This document shows, piece after piece, positions 33,615 through 44,824 of a stretch of 64,000 nucleotides of DNA. Source of the stretch: Betaproteobacteria bacterium (GTDB taxonomy: Bacteria > Pseudomonadota > Gammaproteobacteria > Burkholderiales > Ga0077523); contig WGLR01000008.1 of assembly GCA_016125475.1 (NCBI GenBank), positions 137,723 through 201,722 of the forward strand, read 5' to 3'. Position 1 is the first letter of the stretch. Every line of letters begins with the position of its first letter. The notes under the pieces are model-generated. The model saw only the letters and a list, made by a program, of their open reading frames with translations, was not told the origin of the DNA and did not search any database. Position numbers and translations under genes: made by a program.

Positions 33615-34880
33615 ATGGCCATGTACCGCCTGCGTCACACCACGAGAGCGTTCCGGCACCGCGCGTTCCGACGCTTCTACGCCGGCCAGTCGATCTCCGT
33701 GATCGGGTCCTGGATCCAGACGATCGCGCTGTCGTGGCTCGTCTATCGCCTCACCAGTTCACCGACGCTGCTGGGGCTCACCACGTTCCTCACGCAGGCG
33801 CCGATCCTGCTGATCGGCTCGGTCGCGGGTACGTTCGGCGACCGATTCGATCGCAAGCGCCTGCTGCTCGTCGCGGAGGCCCTGCTTGCCTGCCAGGCCC
33901 TGGTGCTGGGTGCGATGACGCTCGCCGGCGTATCCGACATACGGGGATATCTCGCGATCGCTCTCGTCCAGGGCCTGATCGCGTCCGTCGAAACCCCGGT
34001 CCGCCAGTCGTTCCTCGCCGTGCTGGTCCCGGAACGCGAGGATCTTCCCAACGCGGTGGCGCTGAACTCGTTTCTCATGAACAGCGGCCGGCTGTTCGGC
34101 CCGGCGATCGCGGGCCTGCTGCTCTCTCTAACCAGCGAGGGCGTGTGCTTCCTGATCAACGCGTTCAGCTTTCTGGCAGTGATGGCGGCGGTGGCCGTCA
34201 CGGACTCTCCATCGGTGACGCCGAACGTCCGGGCATCCTCTGCGGCGCACAACGCGTGGCGGGAGGGGCTGCGGTATGCGAGCGGGCATCCTGTCATCCG
34301 AACACTCCTGCCCGTGGTCGCAATCGTGAGCTTCTTCGGGAGCCCTTACGTGACACTGATGCCGGCCGTCGTCGGAGAATCGTTCGGAGGGGATGCCCGT
34401 ACGCTCGGCTGGCTCGTCAGCAGCGCGGGGCTGGGCGGCATTGCGGGAACGGCCTACCTCGCGAGTCATCCGCGTGTGCAGGCGCTGCCGATGGTCACCG
34501 TATTTGCCTGCGTGATGCTCGGATCGAGCCTGGTGGCGTTCTCGGTTTCGCATGCCCTCTGGTTCTGCGTGCTCATGATGCCGGGCATCGGCTTCGGGGT
34601 AATCGCTGCCGCCGCTTCCGTGAACATGCTGATCCAGTTCGGAACGCCCGACCACATCCGGGGCCGGATGATCGGGCTCTACATCACCAGTTTCCTCGGC
34701 GTCGCGCCGCTGGGCGCCCTGGCCGCCGGCATCGCAGCCCAGCACATCGGCACCAGACACACTCTCGCAGTGGGTGGCGTCGTGTGCATCCTCACGGCGC
34801 TACTTCTCCGTCGGCGGCTCCCCGCCCTGCTCGCGCAGACACGTGACGATCACCTGCCCGACCAGGCAAGCGGCCGATAG
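33615..34880 (+). CDS. MFS transporter (EntS/MFS_3-like)
   Basis: It has 12 predicted TM segments and the N-terminus FRHRAFRRFYAGQSISVIGSWIQ, typical of this MFS subfamily. ATG 33615 or ATG 33621 is the start. Confidence 0.85.
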   Translation: MAMYRLRHTTRAFRHRAFRRFYAGQSISVIGSWIQTIALSWLVYRLTSSPTLLGLTTFLTQAPILLIGSVAGTFGDRFDRKRLLLVAEALLACQALVLGAMTLAGVSDIRGYLAIALVQGLIASVETPVRQSFLAVLVPEREDLPNAVALNSFLMNSGRLFGPAIAGLLLSLTSEGVCFLINAFSFLAVMAAVAVTDSPSVTPNVRASSAAHNAWREGLRYASGHPVIRTLLPVVAIVSFFGSPYVTLMPAVVGESFGGDARTLGWLVSSAGLGGIAGTAYLASHPRVQALPMVTVFACVMLGSSLVAFSVSHALWFCVLMMPGIGFGVIAAAASVNMLIQFGTPDHIRGRMIGLYITSFLGVAPLGALAAGIAAQHIGTRHTLAVGGVVCILTALLLRRRLPALLAQTRDDHLPDQASGR

Positions 34881-35077
34881 CACGCCGGACCGCGGCCGTC
34901 CGGCGTCCACGTCAGCGCGCAATTGACTGCTCACGCGAGAGCCATACCGGTACGAGCGCTTCGAAATTCGTCCGGAACCCTGCCGTTCCGGATGGCGGAA
35001 GGGATGCCGCGTCCGGCTCGTTCGCGCAGAGGAAGATGAGATCCGGAAACAGTCGCGTCCTGCGGACAACGGAGGCC

Positions 35078-35108
35078 GAAACGAAAACGGGCACCCGAAG
35101 GTGCCCGT
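35078..35108 (-). terminator. rho-independent terminator of the porin gene
   Basis: On the minus strand, ACGGGCACC-ttcg-GGTGCCCGT is followed by TTTCGTTTCGG. It lies 22 nt after the porin stop. Confidence 0.75.
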
Positions 35109-35129
35109 TCTTTCCAAGAAACGGAGTTC

Positions 35130-36359
35130 TTAGAAGGAGTGCTTGACGAGAATTGCGATGCTGCGGACATCGCCGCCCGTGTTGGTACGGGCCGCGTTCG
35201 TCGGCGTGCCGACACCGGCGATCACGTAGCGGGCCAGCGGGTCGTTGTTGACGAGCGTGCCGTAGAACAGCAGCTGAGTCTGCTTGCTCAGGTTGTGCTG
35301 ATAACCAAGGGCATACTGCGTGGAGCCGCTGTCGTTCGCGTTACACGCGGCGCCGCCGGCGATCTGGCACTTGCCGTCGTTCGCGATGCCGAACTGGGCC
35401 ACGATGGCGCCCGTCGACACGTTGTACTTGAAGCCGAACCACGTCGCATCACGCTTGTACTCGTTGATGTTGCCGGTAGCGAGGCCGTCGGACTTGTACT
35501 TGAGCTGCTCGTAACGCGCGAAGAGCGACATGTCGCCAAACATCAGGCCACCGCCGAGCTGCATGCCCGTATCGGTCGAGCCCGACGCACCAGCAGTACC
35601 CGTGATGACGTTCAGACCGAAGAAGTCCTTGTGACGCTCGTACGCGGCGTTCACGAAGAACGGCAGGTCGGCGGGCTTGTACTGGACGCCCATCGACGTG
35701 AAGGTCGGCTTGGCACCGCCGGCCGAAGACTGGTAGGCGTTCAGGCCCTGGGCGATACCGAACGTGAAGCCGTTGATGTCGGGGCTGTCGTACCAGATCG
35801 AGTTGCCGGAACGGCGATAGAAGCCCGCGCAACCAGCGTTCTGGGCGCAGCTGCCGTTGCCGTTGTCGAACACGACGCCGTAGCCGGGCGAGCCGAGCAT
35901 CTGGAGGTTGCCACCGATACCGGCCGCGCCGTCGAAGACGTCGGACTGATACATGTAGCGTTCGTAGATCTGCTCGTTGATACCCATGCGCAGGCTACCC
36001 CAGCCACCTTCGAAGCCGAGGAACGTGTTGCGCTGACGCAGCGCGCCGGACGTGTCGTGCACGGTCGAGCCCGTGTTCGAGAAGTCGAGCTGCGCGTTGA
36101 ACACGACCTTGTTGCCGTCACCGATGTCTTCGGTCGAGTTCAGGTTGACGTTCGAGTAGTTGGACGTGAAGCCCAGCGTGCTCCAGCCCTGACCACCGGC
36201 GGACGTGACGACCGAGTTGCTCTGGCCGGCTGCCGTCGGGTTGGTCCCGGACGCGTACTGCGGACCCATGTTGATCGTGCCGCTGATCGTGACGTCCGCC
36301 ATGGCGGCCGGCGCGACGAACGCGCTGGCGATCGCCAGAACGAGTAGCTTCTTGCTCAT
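35130..36359 (-). CDS. general diffusion porin (Gram-negative porin family)
   Basis: It has a signal peptide (MSKKLLVLAIASAFVAPAAMA), G/N/Y/F-rich amphipathic strands and a C-terminal ...LVKHSF. I chose an internal ATG preceded by AGGAGAAG. Confidence 0.9.
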   Translation of the reverse strand: MSKKLLVLAIASAFVAPAAMADVTISGTINMGPQYASGTNPTAAGQSNSVVTSAGGQGWSTLGFTSNYSNVNLNSTEDIGDGNKVVFNAQLDFSNTGSTVHDTSGALRQRNTFLGFEGGWGSLRMGINEQIYERYMYQSDVFDGAAGIGGNLQMLGSPGYGVVFDNGNGSCAQNAGCAGFYRRSGNSIWYDSPDINGFTFGIAQGLNAYQSSAGGAKPTFTSMGVQYKPADLPFFVNAAYERHKDFFGLNVITGTAGASGSTDTGMQLGGGLMFGDMSLFARYEQLKYKSDGLATGNINEYKRDATWFGFKYNVSTGAIVAQFGIANDGKCQIAGGAACNANDSGSTQYALGYQHNLSKQTQLLFYGTLVNNDPLARYVIAGVGTPTNAARTNTGGDVRSIAILVKHSF

Positions 36360-36703
36360 CTCTTCTCCTGAGTGGTTGGTAATCAAGTGTGGGCACGGTT
36401 GTCCGCACCTCCCCTAGAGACGCGCTGCGTTTGCGCCCCCACAGATACCTCTCCAGGTTGGACAGGTGGCCGGATTCTGCCCACGCCCCCGGGGAGACAC
36501 AAGCGGAATCACGTGTCTTTTTTCATGCCGACGGGCTGAGTGTTGCATTTCTGCCACACATTGCAGTCTTTCCGGGTACTGGGGAGGGAATTTCTTGTTT
36601 CGGCCGAACAGAAAAAGAATTAACCGACAAAGTTAAAGTGAATTCTATTGCCGCAGCGCAACATTCGTGGCGACGCTACAACACCGCCCGATCGCGCCGC
36701 CGC

Positions 36704-37498
36704 CTAGCCGATGGCGAACAGGCGGGCGAGTTCCCGGCCCGGATCGGGCGCACGCATGAATGCCTCGCCGACGAGGAACGCATCGACCGCGTGCCGGCGC
36801 ATTCTCGCGACGTCTTCGGGGGCGTGGATTCCGCTCTCGGTCACGACGATGCGGTCGGCGGGCACCGCCTCCAGCAGCCCGAGCGTGGTATCCAGCGAGG
36901 TATTGAACGTCCTCAGATCCCGATTGTTGATACCGATCAGTGGCGTACGCATCGCCAGCGCGCGTTCCAGCTCGGAGGCGTCGTGGACCTCGACCAGCAC
37001 CGAAAGACCGAGATCGAGCGCCACGCGCTCGAGTTCGATCATGGCATCCTGTTCCAGCGCCGCGACGATGAGCAGGATGCAGTCGGCCCCCATCGCGCGT
37101 GCCTCGGCGACCTGGTAGGTGTCGATGGTGAAGTCCTTGCGGAGGACCGGCAGGCTGCACGCCTCGCGTGCCAGCCGGAGGTAGTCGGGACTACCCTGGA
37201 AGAACTGCTCGTCCGTGAGGACGGACAGGCACGTCGCACCGTGACGCTCGTAGGTCCGCGCGATGTCGGCGGGCAGGAAGTTCTCGCGGAGCAGCCCCTT
37301 GCTCGGACTCGCCTTCTTGATCTCCGCGATCACGGCCGGCGCACCACTCGCGATGCGCGTCCGGATGGCGCCGACGAAGTCCCGACAAGGGGGCATCGCT
37401 CGTGCCTGGGCCTCGACCATCGGCAGCGGCACGGCATTGCGGGCCGCGAGAATCTCTTCCCGCTTCACGGCAAGGATCCTGTCGAGAATGTCGCTCAC
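36704..37498 (-). CDS. trpC: indole-3-glycerol phosphate synthase
   Basis: [16 protein letters not shown] and [11 protein letters not shown] motifs are present. GTG 37498 overlaps the trpD stop (GTGA). Confidence 0.93.
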   Translation of the reverse strand: MSDILDRILAVKREEILAARNAVPLPMVEAQARAMPPCRDFVGAIRTRIASGAPAVIAEIKKASPSKGLLRENFLPADIARTYERHGATCLSVLTDEQFFQGSPDYLRLAREACSLPVLRKDFTIDTYQVAEARAMGADCILLIVAALEQDAMIELERVALDLGLSVLVEVHDASELERALAMRTPLIGINNRDLRTFNTSLDTTLGLLEAVPADRIVVTESGIHAPEDVARMRRHAVDAFLVGEAFMRAPDPGRELARLFAIG

Positions 37499-38532
37499 GC
37501 AGCGCCTCCCTCCGCGAAGGTCTGCGTGAACGCGACGAATTCGTCGAGCTTGCGTCTGGCCGCCCCGCTCTTCATCGTCTCGAGCGCCTTCCGCACACCC
37601 GCTTCGTGGCTCGGACAGACACCCGCCGTGTAGATGGCGGCCCCGGCATTCAGCGCGACGATGTCCCGTGCCGGACCTTCCTCGCCACTCAGGGCCGCCA
37701 GCACGAGATCTCGCGAGATCTCGCCCGTGGGAGCCTTGATCGCGTCGATCGGCGCCCGGCTCATGCCGAACTGCTCGGGCGTGATGGTGTACTCGCGAAC
37801 CTCCCCGTCCTTGAGTTCGCCCACCAGGGTCTCGTCTGAAATCGAGATCTCGTCGAGCCCCTCCGAACCGTGCACGATCATCACATGGCGACTGCCGAGC
37901 CGCTGCAGAACGCGCGCCTGGATGCCCACGAGATCGGGATGGAACACGCCCATCAGCTGATTCTTCGCACCCGCGGGATTCGTGAGCGGCCCGAGGATGT
38001 TGAAGATGGTCCGCACGCCCAGTTCCTTGCGTACGGGCGCCGCGAACTTCATCGCACCATGGTGGTTGGGTGCAAACATGAAACCGACTCCCAGCTCGTC
38101 GATGCACTTCGCGATCTGGGACGGAGCGAGGTGGATGTTCGCGCCAAAGCCCTCGAGCACGTCCGCACTCCCGGACTTGCTCGAGACCGATCGACCGCCG
38201 TGCTTCGCGACCTTCGCACCCGCTGCCGCGGCGACGAAGACCGATGCCGTCGAAATGTTGAACGTGTGCGCCTCGTCGCCTCCGGTCCCGCCGGTATCAA
38301 CGAGATTCGCGTGGTCCGCGACCTCGACGCGGGTCGCGAACTCGCGCATGACCGTGGCCGCCGCCGTGATCTCCCCGATCGTTTCCTTCTTCACCCTCAG
38401 GCCGATCACGATGCCGGCGATCAGTGTCGGCGACAGTTCGCCCGTCATGATCGATCGCATGAGGGACAGCATCTCCTCGTGGAAGATCTCGCGATGCTCG
38501 ATCACCCGCACGAGCGCCTCTTGTGGTGTCAT
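37495..38532 (-). CDS. trpD: anthranilate phosphoribosyltransferase
   Basis: [18 protein letters not shown] and [18 protein letters not shown] motifs are present. Length is 345 aa. Confidence 0.95.
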   Translation of the reverse strand: MTPQEALVRVIEHREIFHEEMLSLMRSIMTGELSPTLIAGIVIGLRVKKETIGEITAAATVMREFATRVEVADHANLVDTGGTGGDEAHTFNISTASVFVAAAAGAKVAKHGGRSVSSKSGSADVLEGFGANIHLAPSQIAKCIDELGVGFMFAPNHHGAMKFAAPVRKELGVRTIFNILGPLTNPAGAKNQLMGVFHPDLVGIQARVLQRLGSRHVMIVHGSEGLDEISISDETLVGELKDGEVREYTITPEQFGMSRAPIDAIKAPTGEISRDLVLAALSGEEGPARDIVALNAGAAIYTAGVCPSHEAGVRKALETMKSGAARRKLDEFVAFTQTFAEGGAA

Positions 38533-39101
38533 GCTCCGGCCTCCTCCAGGAAATTCTTGAGAAGCGCGTGTCCATGCTCCGTCAGGATCGATTCCGGGTG
38601 GAACTGCACGCCTTCGACCATCATCGTACGATGCCTCACGCCCATGATCTCGCCATCGTCCGTCCAGGCAGTGATCTCCAGTTCGGCCGGCAGCGAGTCG
38701 CGCGCGATCACGAGCGAGTGATAGCGCGTGGCGGTGACCGGGTTCGGCAGCCCCCGGAACACCCCTTCGCCACGATGATGCACCGGGGACGTCTTGCCGT
38801 GCATGAGCTGCTTTGCGTGGACGATCCTGCCGCCGAACGCCTCACCGATGGACTGGTGACCCAGGCAGACGCCGAGCAGCGGGATGCGGCCGGCGAATTC
38901 CCGGACGAGGGGCACGGAGATCCCAGCTTCCTTCGGGGTGCAGGGTCCGGGCGAGATCACGATACGAGCCGGGTGCATCCGACCGACGTCCTCCAGGGTG
39001 ATCTCGTCGTTGCGGAAGACCCGCACGTCCTCACCCAGCTCGCCCAGATACTGCACGAGGTTGTAGGTGAAGGAATCGTAATTGTCGATCATGAGGAGCA
39101 T
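38529..39101 (-). CDS. trpG: anthranilate synthase component II (glutamine amidotransferase)
   Basis: [19 protein letters not shown] is the N-terminus and the catalytic GVCLGHQ is present. Length is 190 aa. Confidence 0.93.
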   Translation of the reverse strand: MLLMIDNYDSFTYNLVQYLGELGEDVRVFRNDEITLEDVGRMHPARIVISPGPCTPKEAGISVPLVREFAGRIPLLGVCLGHQSIGEAFGGRIVHAKQLMHGKTSPVHHRGEGVFRGLPNPVTATRYHSLVIARDSLPAELEITAWTDDGEIMGVRHRTMMVEGVQFHPESILTEHGHALLKNFLEEAGA

Positions 39102-39171
39102 GACTCACCTCCTCCGTGAACGGGCTTTCCCGGTCCCGCGCAAGGGCCGGTCACGGCTGATTCGATCGTCA

Positions 39172-40650
39172 TCATTTGCTGCGCCCCGCGGACAGTCCGG
39201 CCTGAGCCAGTTCGGCCGCCCTGAGAATGGCTCTCGCCTTGTTCTGTGTCTCGACCCATTCGTTCGCCGGGACCGAATCGGCCACGATGCCCGCCCCGGC
39301 CTGGACGAACAGGCGGCCGTCCTTCACGACCGCCGTCCGGATCGCGATCGCGAGATCCATGTCGCCGTTGAAACCCAGGTAGCCGACGGCACCCGCATAG
39401 ACGCCCCGCTTCGTCGGCTCGAGTTCGTCGATGATCTCCATCGCGCGCACCTTCGGCGCGCCGGACACGGTGCCCGCGGGGAAGGTCGCCTTCAGCACCT
39501 CCACGGCGTCGAGCCCGGGCTGCAGACGCCCTTCCACGTTCGAGACGATGTGCATCACGTGCGAGTAGCGCTCGATGGTCATGTTGTCGGTGACCCTGAC
39601 CGTTCCGGTCTCGGCCACCCGCCCCACGTCGTTGCGCCCGAGGTCCATGAGCATGACGTGCTCGGCACGCTCCTTGGGGTCGGCGAGCAGCTCGTGCTCG
39701 AGGGCGTCGTCCTCTTCCCGGGTGCCGCCGCGCGGGCGCGTACCGGCAATGGGCCTGAGCGTCACGACGCCGCTCTCGAGCCGCACGAGGATCTCCGGAC
39801 TGGCCCCCACGATGTGGAAACCGCCCATGTCGAAATAGAACATGTAGGGCGACGGATTCAGCGCGCGCAGCGCCCGGTAAAGCGCGAGCGGGGATGCCGG
39901 ATAGTCGTGGGACAGTCGCTGCGAGAGCACGACCTGCATGATGTCCCCGTCGAAGATGTAGCGCTTCGCACGCTCCACGGCATCGAGAAACTTCTGCTCG
40001 CTGAACTCCGATACCGCAGGCACCGATGCGCCCGGCACCTCGACCGGAACGCCGACCGGCTGCCGCAGGGCCGTCAGGAGGGCTTCCAGCTCGCGTTGCG
40101 CGCCAGCGTATGCGCCTTCCTCGTTGGGATCCGCGTAGACCACGAGGTAGAGCTTGCCGGAAAGGTTGTCGACGACTGCGAGCCTGTCGGACAGCATGAG
40201 CATGATGTCCGGACAGCCGAGCGCGTCGGGCTTGTCCGTGTGGGCGAGGCGCTTCTCGATGTACCGGACCGTCTCGTACCCGAAATATCCGACGAGCCCG
40301 CCGACGAATCGCGGCAGCCCGGCGAGAGGGGCGGCGCGATACCGGGCCTGGCAGGCCCTCACCCAGTCGAGGGGGTCGGTCTGCTCCGACTGCGAGACCA
40401 GCGTGTCGCCGCGGTATTCGGTACAGACGTGGCCGCGAACCTCGAACCTCACGTCCGAGGGCAGGCCGATGAAGGAATAGCGCCCGAACCGCTCACCGCC
40501 CTGGACCGACTCCAGGAGATACGAGAACGGACGATTCGCAAGCTTCAGATAGACGGAAAGCGGCGTGTCCAGGTCCGCGAGCGTCTCGAGAACAACGGGC
40601 ACCCGGTTGAAACCGCGCCCGGCAAATTCCTTGAATTCCACTTCTGTCAT
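39172..40650 (-). CDS. trpE: anthranilate synthase component I
   Basis: 492 aa with a chorismate-binding domain and the LESVQGGE feedback-site motif. Confidence 0.95.
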   Translation of the reverse strand: MTEVEFKEFAGRGFNRVPVVLETLADLDTPLSVYLKLANRPFSYLLESVQGGERFGRYSFIGLPSDVRFEVRGHVCTEYRGDTLVSQSEQTDPLDWVRACQARYRAAPLAGLPRFVGGLVGYFGYETVRYIEKRLAHTDKPDALGCPDIMLMLSDRLAVVDNLSGKLYLVVYADPNEEGAYAGAQRELEALLTALRQPVGVPVEVPGASVPAVSEFSEQKFLDAVERAKRYIFDGDIMQVVLSQRLSHDYPASPLALYRALRALNPSPYMFYFDMGGFHIVGASPEILVRLESGVVTLRPIAGTRPRGGTREEDDALEHELLADPKERAEHVMLMDLGRNDVGRVAETGTVRVTDNMTIERYSHVMHIVSNVEGRLQPGLDAVEVLKATFPAGTVSGAPKVRAMEIIDELEPTKRGVYAGAVGYLGFNGDMDLAIAIRTAVVKDGRLFVQAGAGIVADSVPANEWVETQNKARAILRAAELAQAGLSAGRSK

Positions 40651-40727
40651 GGTGACTCCGGTCGATCATCCGTACGACACTACGGCGGGAAGGCGAGGCG
40701 ATGCCTCGCGATGGCAGGGGCTGGGTC

Positions 40728-40802
40728 CTATCGGCGCCAGGGACGCCAGATGGCCGCACAGCCGAGCCAGCCCACGCGGAAGAACGGATACGGAAGCACC
40801 AT
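40728..40802 (-). promoter_or_regulatory. candidate Trp-rich leader peptide ORF upstream of trpE
   Basis: Manual translation gives MVLPYPFFRVGWLGCAAIWRPWRR*, with 3 Trp in 24 codons and two in the last six. It starts 1 nt after the gph stop. A 7-bp GC hairpin (40693-40709) follows, then a GGAG before the trpE ATG. No U-tract is present, so the mechanism is unproven. Confidence 0.3.
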
Positions 40803-40803
40803 G

Positions 40804-41487
40804 TCAGGTCAGGAGACGGACTAGATCAGGGATTCCCGCGACTATAGCATCGGCCCCGAGATCGCGCACATCGTGCCTCCCGGCATAGCCATAGGGCACG
40901 CACACGACCTGGCAACCGGCCACGCGCGCAGCCGCGACATCGTTTGCGGAATCCCCGACGTAAAGGAACTCCACCGGCGACGTCGCGAATCGGTCCATGC
41001 AGTGGACGAGCGGCAGGGGGTCGGGCTTCCTGCGCGGCAGCGTATCCCCCCCCAGCACCACCGCGAACAGGTCGGCAAGGCCCTGATCGCGCAGCAGCGC
41101 GAGCGTGAAGCGCTCGGCCTTGTTGGTCACGCACGCCATCCGCATGCCCTCGGCATGCAGTGCGCGAAGCGCGTCGACCACCCCCGGAAACGGCTTCGTC
41201 AGGCGGCTCACCCCCGCGAAATAGTGGCGCTCGAACGCCGCGAGCGCCGTCGCGAAGAGGCCTTCTTCCGGCTCCGCATCCATCGACCCCGTCAGCAGAC
41301 GTTTCGTCAGACGACCTATGCCGTCGCCGATGTAGCCACGGACCACGTCCGCGGCAACGACGGGACGCCCGATGTCCCGAAGCATCGCGTTCGCGGCGGC
41401 GGCGATGTCGGGAAGCGTGTCGAGCAGTGTACCGTCGAGGTCGAAGCCGACTGCGCGGATCGCCCGCGGATCGAACGTCACGGGCAC
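40804..41487 (-). CDS. gph: phosphoglycolate phosphatase (HAD)
   Basis: The DLDGTL motif is present ([10 protein letters not shown]), with VGDS.NDV near the C-terminus. It has a GTG start overlapping the rpe end. Confidence 0.9.
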   Translation of the reverse strand: MPVTFDPRAIRAVGFDLDGTLLDTLPDIAAAANAMLRDIGRPVVAADVVRGYIGDGIGRLTKRLLTGSMDAEPEEGLFATALAAFERHYFAGVSRLTKPFPGVVDALRALHAEGMRMACVTNKAERFTLALLRDQGLADLFAVVLGGDTLPRRKPDPLPLVHCMDRFATSPVEFLYVGDSANDVAAARVAGCQVVCVPYGYAGRHDVRDLGADAIVAGIPDLVRLLT

Positions 41488-42143
41488 GCGAGGGCGAGTT
41501 CGGCACGCATGGCGTCAATCGTCCCCTTGTAGTCCTGGCTGTTGAATATCGCGGAGCCCGCGACGAATGTGTCGGCACCCGCGGCCGCGACCCGCGCGAT
41601 GTTGTCCACCTTGATGCCGCCGTCGACCTCGAGCCAGATGTCCCGACCGGTCGCTGCAATCCGGCTGCGAACCAGCCGGACCTTCTCGATCGTCGACTCG
41701 ATGAAGCTCTGCCCGCCGAAGCCCGGGTTGACGGACATCACGAGCACGAGGTCAAGACGATCCATGACGTGATCCAGATGATTCAGCGGTGTCGCCGGAT
41801 TCAGCACGAGCCCGGCCCGGCAGCCGTGGTCACGGATCAGGGACAGGGTGCGGTCGACGTGATCACTTGCCTCGGGATGGAAGGAAATGATGGAGGCACC
41901 GGCATTCGCGAACATCGGCACCAGGGCATCGACCGGGCGGACCATGAGGTGCACGTCGACCGGAACCGTTGCATACGGCCGAATGGCCTCGCACACGAGC
42001 GGCCCGACCGTGAGATTCGGCACGTAATGATTGTCCATCACGTCGAAATGGATCAGGTCCGCCCCGGCGCTCACCACCCGCGACACCTCGTCACCGAGGC
42101 GCGCGAAATCCGCCGAGAGGATGCTGGGGGCAATGCGAAACAT
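41478..42143 (-). CDS. rpe: ribulose-phosphate 3-epimerase
   Basis: [29 protein letters not shown] and VDGGI motifs are present. I chose an internal ATG of ORF 41478..42875. Confidence 0.95.
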   Translation of the reverse strand: MFRIAPSILSADFARLGDEVSRVVSAGADLIHFDVMDNHYVPNLTVGPLVCEAIRPYATVPVDVHLMVRPVDALVPMFANAGASIISFHPEASDHVDRTLSLIRDHGCRAGLVLNPATPLNHLDHVMDRLDLVLVMSVNPGFGGQSFIESTIEKVRLVRSRIAATGRDIWLEVDGGIKVDNIARVAAAGADTFVAGSAIFNSQDYKGTIDAMRAELALACP

Positions 42144-42230
42144 GATCTGAACCGGAAGATGTCGAACGGGAATTCTACCCGGCCCGACTCCCGAGTTGAG
42201 CAAAGGGCCCGTTTGTTGTGCAATACCGTG

Positions 42231-42614
42231 ATGGACCAGCCCAAACGATACGAGATCTCCGTGACCACGCAGTGCCGGTTCGTTCCCGAACAGTCGGATG
42301 TCGAGGAAGGCCGGTACGTGTTCGCCTACACCATCAGGATCCGCAACACGGGCAACGTCGGCGCGCGGCTTCTCAGCCGGCACTGGATCATCACCGACGC
42401 CAACGATCACGTCCATGAAGTCCGCGGTGAAGGCGTCGTGGGCGAGCAGCCCTTCCTGGAGCCCGCCGAACAGTTCGAATACACGAGTGGTGCCGCCATA
42501 CTCACCCCGGTCGGCACGATGCGCGGAAGCTATCGCATGGAGGCCGAGGACGGCGTCACGTTCGAAGCCTCCATCCCGGAGTTCGTGCTCTCCATGCCGA
42601 GGGTGCTCCACTAG
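42231..42614 (+). CDS. apaG: ApaG (DUF525) protein
   Basis: 127 aa with [13 protein letters not shown]...[10 protein letters not shown]...[11 protein letters not shown], the characteristic ApaG signature. Confidence 0.9.
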   Translation: MDQPKRYEISVTTQCRFVPEQSDVEEGRYVFAYTIRIRNTGNVGARLLSRHWIITDANDHVHEVRGEGVVGEQPFLEPAEQFEYTSGAAILTPVGTMRGSYRMEAEDGVTFEASIPEFVLSMPRVLH

Positions 42615-42619
42615 CGTGC

Positions 42620-43972
42620 ATGCGAGCCGTTCAGTCCGAAGCTGCCCGAGGGTTCGTGGTGGAACGCAGGCCATCGTCACGAGGCCACGCACATCGCCGA
42701 CGCCTCCTGCCAGGCGCCCGCCTCGCATCGATCCGTCCTGCAAACCTTCCCGACGTGCCTGAGTTCCACCCGCCTCCCGTTCCCACGGACACCGGTGCGA
42801 GCCTGACCGGACGTCTGGCAGCCTGCCTGCTTGCGGCAGTACTGGGAGCCTGTACGACGACCGTGCCCCGGCCATCGGAGCGCATCACCGTGCCGGAATC
42901 CCCGGCCCCCTCGAGCGGCGTACCGCCGGTTGCCGCGCCCCGCCTCGTCGAGAGGCCCTTCTCCGATCTCCCGGGCTGGACCGCCGACGACCTGACGGCC
43001 GGACTCCGGGCATTCGTCAACGGGTGCCGCGCACTCTCGGCGCAGGCCCGGTGGGCCACCGTCTGCGCGGCTGCGAGTGGCGACGCGTTGTCGGACGCCG
43101 ACCATGCGCGAGCGTTCCTGGAGACGTACTTCGTGCCGTACGAAGTCGCGGCTGCCGACGGTCGGGCAGAGGGACTGCTCACCGGATACTACGAACCCCT
43201 GCTGCACGGCAGCCGGTTGCCGACGGCTCGTTACCGCTATCCGCTCTATGCCCCGCCCGACGACCTGATCACGGTCGACCTCTCGTCGGTCGTACCCGAG
43301 ACGAAGCACATGAGACTCAAGGGCCGGCTGAACGGACGAAAGCTGGTTCCCTACTGGACGCGAGCCGAGATCGACAGCGGGCAGGCCTCGCTCGCGGGCC
43401 GGGAACTGCTCTGGGTCGACGACCCGGTGGAACTCTTCTTCCTGCAGATTCAAGGGTCGGGCCGCATCCAGCTGCCGGATGGCGAGACCATTCGCGTCGG
43501 TTACGCCGACCAGAACGGTCAGCCCTACCGGTCGATCGGCAAACTGCTCGTCGAACGCGGAGAACTGCGGCTGGATCAGGCGTCGATGCAGGGAATCAAG
43601 GCGTGGGGCGAATCACACCCGGACAGGCTGCGGGCACTGCTGGACGAGAATCCGTCGTTCGTGTTCTTCCGGGAACTGCCGGGCTCGGACACAGGGCCAC
43701 CCGGGTCGCTCGGCGTACCGCTGACGGCGGGCCGGAGCATTGCGGTGGATCCTTCGGTCGTACCGCTCGGCGCTCCGGTCTACATCGCGTCGACGACGCC
43801 TGGCGACGAGATGCCCCTCGACAGGCTGGTGGCCGCACAGGACACGGGCGGCGCGATCAAGGGTTCCGTGCGCGCCGACTTCTTCTGGGGATTCGGCGAT
43901 CGCGCCGAGACGATGGCGGGGAAAATGCATCAGCCCCTTCGCATGTGGGTACTCCTGCCGAAGCACGACTGA
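42620..43972 (+). CDS. mltA: membrane-bound lytic murein transglycosylase A
   Basis: A lipobox-like AAVLGAC is present. MltA-specific (TGYYEPLL) and 3D-domain ([17 protein letters not shown]) motifs are also present. The exact start is uncertain. Confidence 0.85.
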   Translation: MRAVQSEAARGFVVERRPSSRGHAHRRRLLPGARLASIRPANLPDVPEFHPPPVPTDTGASLTGRLAACLLAAVLGACTTTVPRPSERITVPESPAPSSGVPPVAAPRLVERPFSDLPGWTADDLTAGLRAFVNGCRALSAQARWATVCAAASGDALSDADHARAFLETYFVPYEVAAADGRAEGLLTGYYEPLLHGSRLPTARYRYPLYAPPDDLITVDLSSVVPETKHMRLKGRLNGRKLVPYWTRAEIDSGQASLAGRELLWVDDPVELFFLQIQGSGRIQLPDGETIRVGYADQNGQPYRSIGKLLVERGELRLDQASMQGIKAWGESHPDRLRALLDENPSFVFFRELPGSDTGPPGSLGVPLTAGRSIAVDPSVVPLGAPVYIASTTPGDEMPLDRLVAAQDTGGAIKGSVRADFFWGFGDRAETMAGKMHQPLRMWVLLPKHD

Positions 43973-44011
43973 ACCGCTTCCGGAACGTCAGCCGCCGCCC
44001 CCCCGCCCGCT

Positions 44012-44773
44012 TCACTGCTTCATCGACTCCGTGTGCGCGTCGAAGGTGACTTCCACGGGCAGTCTGCTCCGGACGGCACGACCGTTCTTGCGCCCGGGAT
44101 GGAAGAGCGTTCCCCGGAAACTGTCGATGGCAGCCTGTTCGAAGTACCCCGGCGGATCCGCACTGATCACGGACGCGTCCACCACCATCCCGAGTTCGTC
44201 GATCTTGAGCAGCAGCGTCACGGTCCCGCTCACCCCGCCCGTCGCCGCGGCATCCGGGTAGTGCAGGGTGATCTCGCCGACCGGCCTGGGCAGGACGTCC
44301 AGCGCGCGCGCCGGATAGAACTCCGGATCACTGACCTGCGGGACTTCGACTGCGGGCCCGTCGCGCTCCGGTGCGGGCCGCAGCGCGAGGCTCGGCCGTT
44401 CAGGCTGCCACGGCCCCGAGGGACGCGAAGGAAGGTCGGGAGGCCGCACCGCGACGACCGCGCCAGCCGCCGGGGACGCCGCTTCGGGAACCGGCAGGGC
44501 CTCCAGCGACGGCAAGGGCGCCACGCGACGCTCGACCGGTTTCCGCCCGCGTTCTGCAGGCAGGCGATCCGTCGCCCTGACGGACGGGCGCCGCGGCGCG
44601 GGTTGCGAATCGTCGGGGCGCCCGAGGTCCACGTTCATCACGAACCCGGGAACGCTCGATCCGGCCCGAGGCGGCACGACACGGACCGACGTGATGAGCC
44701 ACGCGTGAATCATCGCAGATGCCGCGATCGCGACGACAAGCCTGCGAGCCCCGTTTGGCGGAAGCACGGCCAC
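44012..44773 (-). CDS. TonB-family energy transducer-like protein
   Basis: It has an N-terminal TM anchor, a long Pro-rich linker and a C-terminal TonB_C-like domain (YPDAAATGGVSGTVTLLLKIDELGMVVDASV). Confidence 0.75.
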   Translation of the reverse strand: MAVLPPNGARRLVVAIAASAMIHAWLITSVRVVPPRAGSSVPGFVMNVDLGRPDDSQPAPRRPSVRATDRLPAERGRKPVERRVAPLPSLEALPVPEAASPAAGAVVAVRPPDLPSRPSGPWQPERPSLALRPAPERDGPAVEVPQVSDPEFYPARALDVLPRPVGEITLHYPDAAATGGVSGTVTLLLKIDELGMVVDASVISADPPGYFEQAAIDSFRGTLFHPGRKNGRAVRSRLPVEVTFDAHTESMKQ

Positions 44774-44824
44774 GGCGCCTCCGCAGCGGACTCGGCGATG
44801 GCTGCCCGGGCCGACCGTGCAGCG

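Noticed and set aside
40693-40709. GC hairpin upstream of trpE as a classical intrinsic attenuator terminator
   Set aside because: No U-tract follows the stem, so only a candidate leader ORF plus a hairpin can be stated, not a demonstrated terminator.
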